From NCBI GenBank assembly GCA_951406725.2, contig OX597820.1, positions 28,086,001-28,150,000 of the forward strand: a DNA stretch of 64,000 nt, read 5' to 3'. Both the position numbers and the translations under genes were made by a program. The notes under the pieces are model-generated. The model had not been told where the DNA came from and ran no database searches. It saw only the letters and a program-made list of their open reading frames with translations. Shown one piece after another: positions 41,872 to 55,988 of this stretch (the first letter of the stretch is position 1; the number at the start of each line of letters is the position of its first letter). This stretch comes from Octopus vulgaris (lineage: Eukaryota).

Positions 41872-42864
41872 ATGGTTACAGTATCACATTTGTAAGACCC
41901 TGATATAGTATTTAAGGGAAATAACGATGCAAACACCCAGAAAAGTAAATTTATAGTCTTGATTTTTTGAGCGCAATGTAGAAAGATGAAGTTATACTCC
42001 TTCCATAATTACTATTTATTATTTGTTAACATTATATACTTAATACTCGCCATAGCCCTTTTATATAACACATCTCTATACTTTCTATAACATTTCCCTA
42101 TTACCATACAACCGTTAATTGTATAGTAGTAGTGAAAGGTTATGTATTATATATAGCTGTATTTTCACCCTATTTGAAAGCAATATTCAACCATCATTTT
42201 CTTGCCTATGTCCATCTAGTGTTGATTGCTTCGGTTATATTTCGAATAGAGTTGTTTTTCATGCTTTAGACGAAAGACTTACTCCATAATATGCCATTCC
42301 ACTACAACTTGGTCATAGCTGCCTTTAACAGATTTCGTTCTTTTGTAAGTATTTAGGCCGGGTCACAGGTACGAGATTATATTTTCCCCTCCATCTCACC
42401 CCTCTCAAGCTGCCCAAAGTATCATGCACACTGCCTTCCTTCTGGAACAAAATACGAAAAGCATATTTGGCATTTTTGCAGGTACAAACTCTAACTTTTA
42501 TAGTCTCTGCAGATTCATATTACCATATGCGAAATTCCGACATTTTGTTCTCTACTATATTTAGATATAAATAATAATGTTTGTCCTATCTTAGTTTCTA
42601 AATATACGGTATTTTGTGGGTGGGGGTTGTTATATATTTGGTTTGAAAATCCCAAATAATTTTTTAATGTCTTCTCAGTTAGGGAACATGAAGGGAATTT
42701 ATCAATTTATCATGAATGTGTTTGCTTTTTCCTAAATTACAGAGCTTTATGAATAAATTATATCTACATATGTGAAATATATAAATCTATCTGAATAAAA
42801 TAGAAGCTGTAGATTGTAGAATCCATTATCCGATTGAAATATATCGATAACTTATCTTTCTAAT

Positions 42865-43068
42865 TTTGGCATAAGGACATCAGTTTTAAAGGGAGGGATA
42901 AGCCTATTATGTGACTCTCAATGTTCAACGGATTTGTATTTTATCGACCACGAAAGGATGAAATGTCAATCGACCTCACCGGAATTTGTACTCAGAGCCT
43001 AAGGAGCCGTAAGAAATGTGGCAAAGTATTTTCTCCGACGCGCAAACGATTCTGTCCGCTAGCCACCT
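42865..43068 (-). mobile_element. Old family 1 SINE
   Basis: ttttatcgaccacgaaaggatgaaa...cggaatttgtactcagag. Confidence 0.7.
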
Positions 43069-43146
43069 CATAAGCATTAATAAAATTGACAGAAGCGTTA
43101 GAATTACCTTTCAGAAACTAATGGGATCTCACAGTATCTACAATTA

Positions 43147-43712
43147 TTGGGTTGTCCGGAAAGTTCGTGCTGATTTATAGTAGCTTAAATTTCGACTTAT
43201 TTTAGAACATGGTTGAGTCCATAAAATAGGATTTGACTACACCACCATTTAGAGCACAGTTTAAGCTATCTTTTCGTGGAAGAAGGTTTATGTTCCTATA
43301 AACTGTGTTAATTCTGTAACCCTTTAAAATGGAAGATAAGAAAGTTCATTTTCGGCACTTGATGCTTTGGGAACCAGACAAAAATTGCTGCAGCTCGGCT
43401 GGGATGTCTTACCCCACCCTCCATATTCACCAGATATTGCTCCTTCGGATTTCCATTTATTCGGGTCTCTGCACAATAGTCTTAATGGTAAAAATTTCAA
43501 TTCCTTGGATGACGTACAAAGATACCTTGATGAATTCTTTGCCATGAAACCACCTCAATTCTGGGAAGAGGGTATTTTTAAGTTAAAGGAAAGATGGAGA
43601 CGCATTGTGCAACAAAATGGCTCATATTTGGTTGATTAAAAATGTAATGGCAATTATTTATTGACCTTTTACTTTTCTTTACATGTCGGCATGAACTTTC
43701 CGGACAACCAAA
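43147..43712 (+). mobile_element. Internally deleted mariner (mellifera-subfamily-like), 566 bp
   Basis: TIRs ttgggttgtccggaaagttcgtgctga / tcggcatgaactttccggacaaccaaa with TA TSD. MEDKKVHFRHLMLWE is fused to KLLQLGWDVLPHPPYSPDIAPSDFHLF...ERWRRIVQQNGSYLVD. Confidence 0.95.
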
Positions 43713-44853
43713 TAGTTTACACGGTGACAGACCTGTGTGTATTTGTGCGTGTGAGTGTATGTGTATTTGCGCGCGCGCGCGTGCGTGTGTGTGTGTATGT
43801 GGTGTACATGTCATTTGGTGCACTTATAAATATTTACCATACAGAAAGCTTTTCGAACTCCTTCCTTAGAACATCTCACTCCGCTTGAAGTTCTCTGTTT
43901 CTCTCAATCTGTTTCCAGTCAGTTTGTAAAAACATTGCTTTTTCCCTCTATTTTTTCTGCTAACCTTCTTTAAAATGCACTTTAATTATCCTTCCTTGTG
44001 TATGAGATTGAAAGATTTGAGATTTTGATAATTTCCTAACACCTTGAAGTCTGCTCTGAATCTCCGTTTTTATTTTTTGCCAAATAGAAGCTAAATGATG
44101 ATCGTTTCAGATGAGATTTAGGTTGATCGAGCTGGCCATATGATAAGGCAAGTACTAAGTGAGTGCAGACTTGCATGCATGTGAATACATACGGCTCTAT
44201 GTTTGTGTATAGATATACCTTGGTCCACTAAAGTCTAATCGATTATTGTTCTAATTAATAAGTCGTATAGCGATATTGCTCAACACTATACTGTATCATT
44301 TCCATGTATGTACTTACGCGTGTAAATCTTTGTGGCCATGTTAGACCCACAAGCGGAATTTAGAATCTAATTCAAGAAGAAAGAGGAAGACATTGTCTTT
44401 CGGAGCAAATATTTCGTATGGTTCTTTCTGTACAGCACTTTATTTCTGGAACAACATCTGGATATATATTGCACACCAAAACTCTGAATCAGCCCGCAAA
44501 ACTTGATTGAGGAATTATGTGATCATCTACGAAAGATTAAAGAAGGATATATTACTATATAAACCCAAACTAAACTTGAAGTACTCAATACAGCTATTAT
44601 AAACAACTACGTCTTTATGGATTACACTGTAATAAGTGTTTCAAAAAGTTTCCAACACCGAAAGCGTTAAAACGCAGTACGAATATTTATTTCTAAAAGG
44701 TTCCTAGCATTGTATTTTTGCTTTGAATTTTTACGTAGTTAATTGTGCTTCATTTACGAGAATCAATATTTAAATATTGTAAGTTTATCAAGTGTTCTGT
44801 ACAAAGACTTACATACATAGATACACACATACATACATACATATATGCATACA

Positions 44854-44884
<31 letters not shown>

Positions 44885-44994
44885 GCACATGTAAGTATAC
44901 ACTTATTCACAAACATACACGTGCATCCATTTACTTATTCAAACATACAAAAATATATATACATAGTCTATATACGATATGCGCGTGTGTGTGT

Positions 44995-45039
<45 letters not shown>

Positions 45040-45790
45040 CATGCAATATTATTATTTTTCCATAAACTTTTTCCTGCTATTATAAGACAACAAAGCCGGT
45101 GGGAGGGGTTATTTGGACACTTAAAATGATTCAAGAAAATAAAACGAACGAAAAAATTTGTCCGTATATTAAAAGTTATTGTGTTTTTGTAGAGAAATAA
45201 TGAACAAACAATTTGGAATCGGGAGACTTTCATTGAATAACGGAAGCAACATATAAAAGCTTAATTTGATGAAATGGCTGAAATATATTTTTGACATAAA
45301 TGATGACAGCTGGAAATATAATTCCTACATAACTAAGTGCTATTGAATTATTCTAATACACATCATAATAGAGTGTACTGCGACCAGCTTGAAAAAGCAG
45401 AAGGTTGGCGCTAGCGGGATAAACAAGCTGTTGGATATTTCGTTCGTATACATCTATGCACGATTGGCAGTGATTTCGAAGTTTTGGCCAGCTAAGCCGT
45501 CGTCCAACAATGGGTTAGCTGGCTAAGCCTGAGTCAGATCTATGGTTAAATTGAGGATTTGGTACTTACATATATGAAATAACCTTTCAAAAGTTGGTAC
45601 TTTCCTTGTTACTTTACCTCACTGTAGAAGATACGTTATGGAACCAAGCCATTTCTGGCGTCCAACGTGTTGATGTGCCTAGATTCTCGAGAATAGTGCA
45701 ACTGAGCTTTCTCTCTCTGCCTCTGTCTATCTGTCTGTCTCTCTCTATCTCTCTATCTCTCTCTCTTCATATATATATATATATATATAT

Positions 45791-46488
45791 TAATCAATAT
45801 GAGGGTAGTAAAAAATTCAATAGAAAATTTAATTAGGCTGATTTGCCAAAAGGTACGTCGAAACAATGCATTGTCCAAGGATTATTAGGGTAAATGTTTT
45901 TGATTTTCCTTTGATTTCTGAATTACTACTATTTAGCGGTTTGAGTTTGGCTGCTCTTTCTGGTGAGTCGAATGGCCTATCATGGCCATTCCTTAATATT
46001 TTTGAAATTATATATATATAGTCTGTGACTATTTTCTCTTTCTCACTAGACCGCTGATGGCGAAAAAAATTTCTATTGAATTTTTTGCTACCCTTAGATT
46101 GATTAATTAATGATTTTTTGACTACTTCTGAAATTAAATCAGCAGTTTATATTTGCTGCTGATAAGTTGGCGCGATTACGGTAGATTTTGAAAATTTAGA
46201 GTATATATTCCCGAGGCATCGATGAGGCTGCCTCGTGGAATATTTATTCCTCCTGGCCTCCTTGCCGATGAGACGAGCCAGAGGTAGATTGACTTGATTA
46301 AATTTAATTTAATTTAATTAGGCTGGTTTGCCAAAAAAGTACGTCCAAACAATGCATTGTCCAAGGATTATTAGGGTAAATGTTTTTAATTTTCCTTTGA
46401 TTTCTGAATTACTACTATTTAGCGGTTTGAGTTTGGCTCTTTCTGGTGAGTCGAATGGCCTATCAGGGCCATTCATTAATAATGTTGG

Positions 46489-46493
<5 letters not shown>
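45791..46493 (+). mobile_element. Second hammerhead-bearing partial-tandem element (period 486) with an inverted end segment
   Basis: 45826-46012 is repeated at 46311-46493. 45791-45828 is the reverse complement of 46068-46105. (TA)n on both sides. Confidence 0.82.
46260..46366 (+). ncRNA. Type I hammerhead with long loop II (mutated copy)
   Basis: CCUUG-CCGAUGA-GACG(long loop)CGUC-cAAA-CAAUGCAUUG-UC-CAAGG. The duplicate at 45856-45880 keeps the canonical CGUC-GAAA. Confidence 0.75.
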
Positions 46494-46545
<52 letters not shown>

Positions 46546-46946
46546 TGAAATGCGTTTTTACCGCTTGGTTCGCTTTCAATGCCACTACATCCCGTCCGAT
46601 TCGCTCCAAAATTTACAGGGACATGTAGAATGAGGTGACGATGCGCGTGGGCTACCTTAGAAATCCCTATCTTAAAAGGTGTGGTTGCTAGGGGCCATCT
46701 TCCTACCTCACCCTATTTCCTCCAGTACTCTGTCACTCCTCTTCATTTGACAATGCAACTACCGTTATTTAATGTAAAGTCTTCCTCAAATCACTCTGTA
46801 GCTATTTACTCTCTTCCAAGAACATTTTCACTCACTCTATCTCTTACCTTCCTATACATTTTACTCATGTATCTCTCAGCGTTCATGGACAGTAAGAAAT
46901 ATTACTCGCCATCCCCATCGCCATCGCATTCTATTGTCTACCTGTC

Positions 46947-46989
<43 letters not shown>

Positions 46990-47094
46990 TCATATATCTA
47001 ATATTATATTTTTATTTTTATGTTTTTGTTTTTCGTTTTTTACTGTTTCATTTCCCTATTAGTGGTTTTATCTCTAATTTAATTTCTACAGCGT

Positions 47095-47133
<39 letters not shown>

Positions 47134-47379
47134 TATGTAGCCCCAGTACACCCGAATGAAATCGGGTTCTCTTCATCAAAATGTGAAAAGGGGTCTACAA
47201 TTATCATCGCCACAACTTATGTATGTCTTCCTCACTCACTCACTCTTTTTCCTAATGATAATTATCATCGCCACCACCAACACCACCAACACACAATCTG
47301 GACAATCTTTCTCTTATAACAAATCATGTTTACATTGCAACGACGTCTGCCACCTCCGCCGTCTATATTTATTCTGCAA

Positions 47380-47535
47380 ATGACCAGAACTCGGGAAACT
47401 TAGTTTAGTGTTCTATGGTCTATGACCAGAACTCGGGAAACTTGCTTGACTGTTCTATGGTCTATGACCAGAAATCGGGAAACTTGGTTGAGTGTTCTAT
47501 GGTCTATGACCAGAACTTGGGAAACTTGGTTGTGT
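47380..47535. repeat. 42-bp minisatellite, about 3.6 copies
   Basis: Unit atgaccagaactcgggaaacttggttgagtgttctatggtct. Confidence 0.95.
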
Positions 47536-48223
47536 CCTCATCTTATAAAATGTGGCCCCAGTAGACCCAAATTAAATCGGGTTATATTAACCAAAAGGTG
47601 AAAAGGGGTATAAATGGGGCTGGAAGGGGATTAAAATTTAAAGGAGCGGGTGTTTAGCAATTCTCTGTTACATCAAGCTAAAAAATTTGCTCCAGCCTTT
47701 TAATCGTCAATGTGTTGCCGTCCATGATGAAGAAGTTTTCAATGCTTGCCATCGTGAGTCTACTGTCGTGAGAAAGAATCAAGTCAAAACTTGGTTTTTA
47801 GGGATTTTCTTTTACATCAAGTTCAAACTTTTACGCCAGCCGTTGAACTGTCAATACGTTGCTGTCCGTCGTTAAGAAATGCCAGCCATGGAGACTCTAC
47901 TATCCTCAAATTCTATCCCTTCAAACTTTGGTTTCCAATATTTTATTATTTTTATTCAGCTCGCAAGTTCGTCTGTCCCTTTTAAATGTTAGTGTTTTGC
48001 TGTCTGTCTTCAAGCAGACCTTTCCTTTGTAACTGCCTGATATTTATGATTGATCTTTCTAAATATTTTATTTCTCAACTTACTCAAGATCTTCTGTTGT
48101 TTATAAATGGGAGAGAGATACATAAAGATAGAGAGTAAGAGAAAGCGAGGGAGAGTCCGAGAGAAAGGAAGAGTAAGAGAGTGGGAAAGTGAGAGAGAAA
48201 GGAGAAAGAAACAAAGAGGGAGA

Positions 48224-48543
48224 ATCATCATCATCATCATCATCATCATCGTTTAACGTCCGTTTTCCGTGCTAGCACGGGTTGGACAGTTTGACAGGGG
48301 CCTGGGAAGCCAGGAGGCTGCACCAGGCTCCAGTCTGATCTGGCAGTGTTTCGACAGGTGGATGCCCTTCCTAACGCCAACCACTCTGTGAGCGTAGTGG
48401 GTGCTTTTTTCGTGCCGCCTGCACAGGTGCCAGGGGGCTGGCAGCGGCCACGATCGGTTGGTGCTTTTTACGTGCCACCAGCACAGAAGCCAGTCAAGGC
48501 GGCGCTGCAATCCGCCACGTTCGGATGGTGCTTTTTACGTGCT
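48224..48543 (-). mobile_element. Non-LTR retroposon 3' portion with (GAT)n tail and internal subrepeats
   Basis: Minus strand ggcgttaggaagggcatcc...gtccaacccgtgctagcacggaaaacggacgttaaacgatgatgat; the same tail is at 10383-10436 (+). Three ggtgcttttt.cgtgc subrepeats. Confidence 0.8.
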
Positions 48544-48609
48544 GAAAGGAAGCAACAGAAAGTAACAACCACACTCTTACCCGCGCGTAGAGCGGGTCAC
48601 CTTCAGCTA

Positions 48610-48738
<129 letters not shown>

Positions 48739-48809
48739 CATAATACACACATTCATACATGTAATTATTTATATATATATATATATATATATGTACGTAT
48801 GTATGTGTG

Positions 48810-48852
<43 letters not shown>

Positions 48853-48867
48853 ATATATATATGCATG

Positions 48868-48901
<34 letters not shown>

Positions 48902-49083
48902 TATGTATGTTTGTATGTATGCATGCATGTATATATAGAAATATAAAAGGAGCAAAAACCTGGAAAATCAATATACACCACGTGGCAAAATTATAAGTTG
49001 AAAATACATCGAGAGCATTTATAAAAAAGTGGAAGAGAAATGCCTTTATTTCACATAGTTAAGTATCATTTTATAAAAGAATT

Positions 49084-49140
<57 letters not shown>

Positions 49141-49143
<3 letters not shown>

Positions 49144-49368
49144 CTTTATGGATGTGATATCCAACCGGTCTTCGCAATTTAAATTAGCTTTATAAGAGAC
49201 ATTGTGAAGTAATCATTTCTTGTGACAAAGGAGTCTCGCCATTTTGGTTACTTCAAAGTAAGAATGTGTCTAGAGAGTGGACAAAGGGAGGCAACAGGTG
49301 GCAAGAGGGACAACTAACTAATTTAAATAGCGAAAACCAGTTGGATATCACAACATCCATAAACTATG
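49141..49368. repeat. Element with inverted ends of about 48 bp inside (TA)n
   Basis: 49141-49188 versus reverse complement of 49318-49368. Confidence 0.8.
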
Positions 49369-49474
49369 TATATATATAAAAAATTATTTTATAAACGATA
49401 TTAAATTATGTGAAACGATGGCATTTCTCTTACACTGCTTATATGTTTTCCATATATATACGTATACACATACA

Positions 49475-49524
<50 letters not shown>

Positions 49525-50219
49525 GATTAATACGTACATATATGCGTAAATATATGTGTGCGTGTGTGCGCGCATGTGCGTGTATATAAGGCAACAAGAG
49601 TTTATACTTATGCAGACAGAAATTCCTTCTAAACACATTCGCGCATGTACTGCACTAACGCACAGGTATTCGCACACACACTCATATATTTACACATATA
49701 TACAACGAATAAAACCCCCACACCAGACTCTCATACATGTGTTACACACTCCAATACAACGAAGCACACGCACGCGTACACACACACACAGGCGCACGCT
49801 AACCTTGCATCTGTCGTCTTCTTGTGCTAGATAGACACAGGGGTGACACAAGTTTCATGACCAGGCATTCACTCCAAACAACTCTTCTTTCGAATGCATC
49901 TGGTGTCGCTGCAATTGCCAATCTCACTCCTAACAACATGTGACTTGTCTTTACCAATAACGACCGATTTTAGACTTTACGTCTCCATTCAGTAATCTGG
50001 ACCTGAACGCGCAAGGTCTCTGTAAGAAGCCTGCGAAACCTTAAATCACAGGGAACCGAATCAAAATGTTTTAAATAAAAATGTATATAAATCGTATTTC
50101 ATATATTGAATGCCTTTATCATTTGTTTGTCCCGTTACTCGTACATATATATTCGTGTGTTTGTTTCTGTGTGTGTGCATGTGTGCGCGTGTGTGAGTCT
50201 GTAGGTATTAAAGGGTATA

Positions 50220-50450
50220 AGGCGGCGAGCTGGCAGAAACGTTAGTACGCCGGGCGAAATTCTCAGCAGTATTTCGTCTGCCGCTACGTTCTGAGTTCAA
50301 ATTCCGCCCAGGTCGACTTTGCTTTTCATCCTTTCGGGGTCGATTAAATAAGTACCAGTTACGCACTGGGGTCGATATAATCGACTAAATCCGTTTGTCT
50401 GTCCTTGTTTGTCCCTTCTGTGTTTAGCCCCTTGTGGGTAGTAAAGAAAT
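50220..50450 (+). mobile_element. SINE family 1 with TSD
   Basis: Flanks taggtattaaagggta / taggtataaaagggta. Confidence 0.92.
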
Positions 50451-50903
50451 AGGTATAAAAGGGTAAGTTCAACCATAGAAGTGAATATCATAGTGAAGAA
50501 GAAGGAGAGAGAGGGGAAGGGAGAATGAGAGGCGGATAACAATGTAAAATGGGTCGAAGTGATTCACCTAGAAAATAGATTAGGATTAGAATGTTCAAGA
50601 TCTTAAGTCTAATAATGAAATATGAAATGTAGATCAAATTATGAACGGGCGAATGACGAGAAGTAGAATATTAAAGTAAATAGGAACGTGAGGGTACAGG
50701 ACAATGCAAAGAAAGATAAGAGCGAAAAATAGTTCTTCGGTACATGAGACAACTTTTACAGATGCCAGTAGTTTAATTGCAGGAATACTGAAGAAGTTTA
50801 AAGAAGAGTTCAGGTCGGAGGGGAGAGGTAGGCTGAGAGGAAATATTAAATTTATGTAGAGGGGAAAAATCAGAGCAAAATCCATCATATTCGCTCTCCA
50901 TAC

Positions 50904-50936
<33 letters not shown>

Positions 50937-50937
<1 letters not shown>

Positions 50938-51112
50938 GGTGTAGGAGTGGTTGTGTGGTAAGTAGCTTGCATACGGACCATATGGTTCCAGGTTCGAGTC
51001 CCACTGCGTGGCACCTTCGGCAAGTGTCTTCTACTATACCCGACCTTGTGAGTGGATTTGGTTGACGGAAACTGAAAGAAGCCCTTCATATGTACGTGTG
51101 TGTACATATATG

Positions 51113-51205
<93 letters not shown>

Positions 51206-51375
51206 TGGTCAATCGCTTCACAACCGATTTTGGTGTGCTTACGTCCCCGTAAACTACAGGTTCGGCAAAAGCGATCGATAGAATAAGCACTAGGCTTAAA
51301 AAGAATAAGACCTGGCCTCGATTTGTTCGACTATAATGGCGGTGCGCCAGTGTTGCAAATAAAAGAATGAAAGAA
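50937..51375 (+). mobile_element. SINE family 2
   Basis: Head ggagtggttgtgtggtaagtagcttgc, internal TA/TG tract and tail. Confidence 0.88.
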
Positions 51376-51377
51376 AG

Positions 51378-51452
<75 letters not shown>

Positions 51453-52140
51453 GCATGTTTGCGTGTGTATGTATATGTCTATGTATATGTATATTTACAG
51501 AGTGAGTAGTGAGAGAAAGAGAGAGGCATAAATATGTATATATTCATATATATAAACATGCATATATGTGTATGCACATGTGTTTATGTGCGTGTGTGAT
51601 GTGTGTGTGTAGAGAGAGATATATGTCTCTGTGCATGTATATTTGTGTGTCTACATATACCTTTATAAACTTATATGTTTGTACATGCAGATTTGTGTAT
51701 TTCGGGAAGGAGAACGAAAAAAGGTAGGAATGTATACTTTTCCTTTATCTATCCGGACGGTTCTGGCTTAAGCTCGGTGCAATGTCTTATGTATATGTGT
51801 GTATATGTGTTTACACACACACATACTCACACTCATACATACACACACTCACACATACACACATATATATGTATACACACACACACACACACATGCATCC
51901 TTATATATTTACAATGAGACGATGAAATGTCTGCCTCTCTGTCTGAATTTCTATCAGTGCATGGATATGTATGTTTCTGCATGCGTGCGCAGTTTTATAT
52001 CGAATTGGAAGATTATAGTTACAGATGCCAGATAATTAAAAATGATGGGTATATGGGGGGAAAGGGGAACAATTCGACCCATTGAAATCACGTTTGTGGT
52101 CCAAACGTTGATAACTTTTATGTATTTATATTTCATTTTC

Positions 52141-52150
52141 CAATAACAAC

Positions 52151-52222
<72 letters not shown>

Positions 52223-52249
52223 TACAATAATAATAATAATAATAATAAT
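52141..52249. repeat. (AAT)n microsatellite
   Basis: Seen directly. Confidence 0.98.
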
Positions 52250-52671
52250 GTTAGCAAACATAAAAATAGCAAAAAATGCCTATAAAATGCAATCTTGGGC
52301 ATTTAATATAGCAAAGAGATATTGGAAATAAAAACAAAATTGATGATTTATTGTTGGTTTGAAAAAATGATACTGTCAGACAGTCTTAATATTTGATTTG
52401 AAGGCATGAGGAATATAAAAATAACAGATTGTTTAGATTGAAATAAAATATGTCGTTTATCTCAAAAATATTGGAATAGTCATATTAAGTTTTTGAAGCA
52501 AAAAGGCGTCTGAACCGCTTGTTATACAATACATATTGTACATATCTAATTGTATCTTTGTATGTAGTTATGTATATATATATATATAAATACATACATC
52601 CACACACACACACATATATATATACATACATACATATATATATACATACATACACACACAGACACACACAG

Positions 52672-52740
<69 letters not shown>

Positions 52741-53902
52741 GTGTGTGTGTGTTCGTTTTCACGTGAAAATGGCTGCGCAAATTGAATTGCTCCCATACTT
52801 GGAATGCATGAATAATTTAATCTCTGATACATAATAGGCTCTTCGCTTTATTTTTTTATTAAAAATAAATAATATTGCTTTCTAAATCAGATTCACATCT
52901 TTAAAAATGTTTCTTAATGTCAGCTTCCGGTATTGACTTAGCAACGGCGAAATTTTCCGTTTTCATTTGCGAAACTTCTCACACTATGTACTAATGTTTT
53001 CATTTCAAGTTTTAATTCGCTGTTTACAAACAACAACAATACGTTACTCATCGAAATATCCACTAAGTTCACAAATTTCGCTTGAACGCGTACACTTCAT
53101 GAATTTCCGTAAATCTTTTTTTCATTTAATGTTTGCGTGCCGTGTTCAGCTCTGTGTATTTCTAGTCACTCACAGACTATAATATTTATTATAGATTTAA
53201 TGTGGAATTTATATATATTTATCCCAAATATATATTTATCTCACATAGTATAGTAAAATCGTACTCCTTTCTGCCGTGATATTGTGCATACCAGAAGCAG
53301 AAATTTCTTATCAATATATTGCTTATAAATAGTTTAAAGCTGGGAGCGTATTCATTTACAAGTGGGATTCGCTTTTGCAGGAATAACAGTTACGAATGAA
53401 TAAAGATTGAAGGAAAGTCCTAGAAAATCGAAGGGTTGAAGTTTATAATTTTTTTATAATGATTCTGATAAATCTATTCCCTCTTAGAGACCAGTCTCAG
53501 AAATTCAACATAGCAAAACGCATAACTAGGCCAGGGACGCATAGAGTTTCTTCACTTTGAGAATATATGACTGTAAATATATTTTAACCTTATCTCAACT
53601 GAACAATAAAATTATCTATATTTATTAAGTATTGCAAACTGTTTCGATATTCAATAGAGCATAGAACTGCATTATTGCCGATGTCTTTCCTAACGGCTTT
53701 TTAATTGTCAGTTCAAATTATGTTAAGTTCAACTTTTAGCTCTTAAACTTTCTTGCTCGATAAAAATGTACGACTGAAAGATTGTGGTTAATATCATGGT
53801 TAACTTTAGGGATATTCCTCACAGTTTTCTTGTATTAGAATTTACTATTTAAATTGATATATAAACTGGAAAAACATACATCAATATTTTCAAATATTGT
53901 AA

Positions 53903-54114
53903 GGCGGCGAGCAGGCAGAAACGTTAAGCACGTCGGGCAAAATGCTTAGCGATATTTCGTCTGTCTTTACGTTCTGAGTTCAAATTCGCCGAGGTCGACT
54001 TTTCTTATCATCCTTTTGGGGTCGATAAATTAAGTACCAGTTGCGCACTGGGATCGATCTAATCGACTGGTCCCTTCCCCCAAAATTTCGGGCCCGGTGG
54101 CCAGAGTAGAAAAG
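53903..54114 (+). mobile_element. SINE family 1, alternative tail, with TSD
   Basis: Tail cccttcccccaaaatttcgggcc...gtagaaaag. Flanks aatattttcaaatatt / aatattttaaaatatt. Confidence 0.9.
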
Positions 54115-54745
54115 AATATTTTAAAATATTCTGTTATAAATTTCTTTACATATCTTCATTTATATTTACTCTCATATCATATGTGCAAGAAAAGGATCCT
54201 TGAAGTCGTCTGTTTCTGATTATCAGTGAAGATAAATAATAGATTTGTTAAGGAAAAATTTGAAAAATATATCATTCTTTAAAGTGCCAGTGATTAAGAA
54301 CCACCACCATAATATACAAACACGCTAAATATCACCTGCACATAAACTCACACACATGCACATACATACAAAAACATATATACATAGATACGCTCAGCGC
54401 AAACACAGATGATGCACATATTTTACACACATGTACGGACATACACACACACACTCCCCCCCCCCCCCACACACACACTTCCCTACCTTCAAAATGACAT
54501 TTTCTATCTCTCACCAAATACCACTTACTTAATGATTTGGTACGTAATAATACTCATGCTTTTTTCCGGATTCTCTGCTCTTTTTTCCTTTCCATTTTGC
54601 CTGGTCCTTTTCTTCTATCCGACTAAGAGCTATGGTCGCAACGTCATGGCGACTCCTATTGTTTATACAAGAACTTTCTCTGAGAGTCAATCTAATAAAC
54701 TATTTTCCTGTATATGTATTTTGCTATATATACATACATACTTAC

Positions 54746-54793
<48 letters not shown>

Positions 54794-54809
54794 CTGTGTG
54801 TGTGTATAC

Positions 54810-55500
54810 ATGAACGAAAACGCCTTGAACTCAGATCAATACTAATCAAAAGACGTCACCCAATATCATTATTAAATGATGGCATTAAACGAGCAAAGGA
54901 AATAGACATACGAACATTAAGGGAAGTCAACCGAAATACTGCACCAGACCTTAAAATACTCCCATACATCTCCACGCATAACCCTAGAAACAATGAAGCC
55001 TTCGACATTATCATACAAAATCTACGCATCCTCACAGGAGATAAGGCAATGAACAAAATTTTAGGCTCACACAAAATTATCAAACGCAAAATACAACCGA
55101 CATCATTGAAAACATATTACCCAGCGCAAGACTATATCCATTAACAACGGAACCAAAAGGGCAAACATGTGGTCGACCTAACTGTGGCACATGCCCCCGA
55201 CTTTTTGAGGGATCAGAGTTCCACTTTAAACAAGGTAAAATATTTAAGATTAAATAAAATTTCACCTGTGCCTCGGAAAACCTAATCTATGACATTACAT
55301 GGGTGTGGTAATCTTTATTATTAGCCAAACAGGAATATCATTCTGTCGAAGAACTACTCTCCACAAAGAATAATCCACCACCAAAATACAGATACAGATC
55401 AGTGAACACATTGAAAGGTGTACTAGGAACCTCAGTACAGCAACGAATGAATAAAGAGTCAACTTTCATCAATAAATATCTTCCACAACTCAATATGAAC
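54810..55500 (+). pseudogene. Penelope-like element (Neptune-type) thumb/linker, Zn-knuckle and GIY-YIG endonuclease fragment
   Basis: ELRSILIKRRHPISLLNDGIKRA...LPYISTHNP, then after frameshifts CGRPNCGTCP, NFTCASENLIYDIT..CG..Y..QTG, SEHIERC and ESTFINKYLPQLN. Confidence 0.88.
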
Positions 55501-55934
55501 ACACAACTTAATACAGAACACTACTAACCTTTCAATTAATACCACTAACCCCCATACATCCAATACACCATTCACATTACAGATCTATATCTACCCTAAT
55601 TGCACCAAATCCAGAACTACTTACCTCCCTTACACATAATCTTTTTACTCAGGAACTAGTAGACACGACACCGTTCGGTAATCTGTGCGTATTCAAAGCA
55701 GTGAATAGAAATTTTACGAAACCGTTATGCCTTTGAATCTATTTAACAATTCACAATAATGACGTTTATTATTTTATCCATGCCTCAGTTCATCCATTGG
55801 TATATATCTAACGTTACTTTTCAAAAAAATAATTTTGTTCTTATTTCCAATCTGCATTTTCGCTTCTTTGCCTTCTCACTTTCCCCGTACATTTCCACGT
55901 GCAGTTCATGCTTTCTTTTTATAACATATTTCTG

Positions 55935-55988
<54 letters not shown>

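Noticed and set aside
43329-43639. SETMAR-like domesticated gene
   Set aside because: No SET domain; bounded by TIRs and TA, internally deleted and present twice.
47380-47535. CRISPR-like array
   Set aside because: Contiguous 42-bp units with no unique spacers, no cas genes, eukaryotic context.
50451-50456. ggtat after the SINE as a remnant multimer junction
   Set aside because: Better explained as part of the target-site duplication; the same applies to agaaa at 26087.
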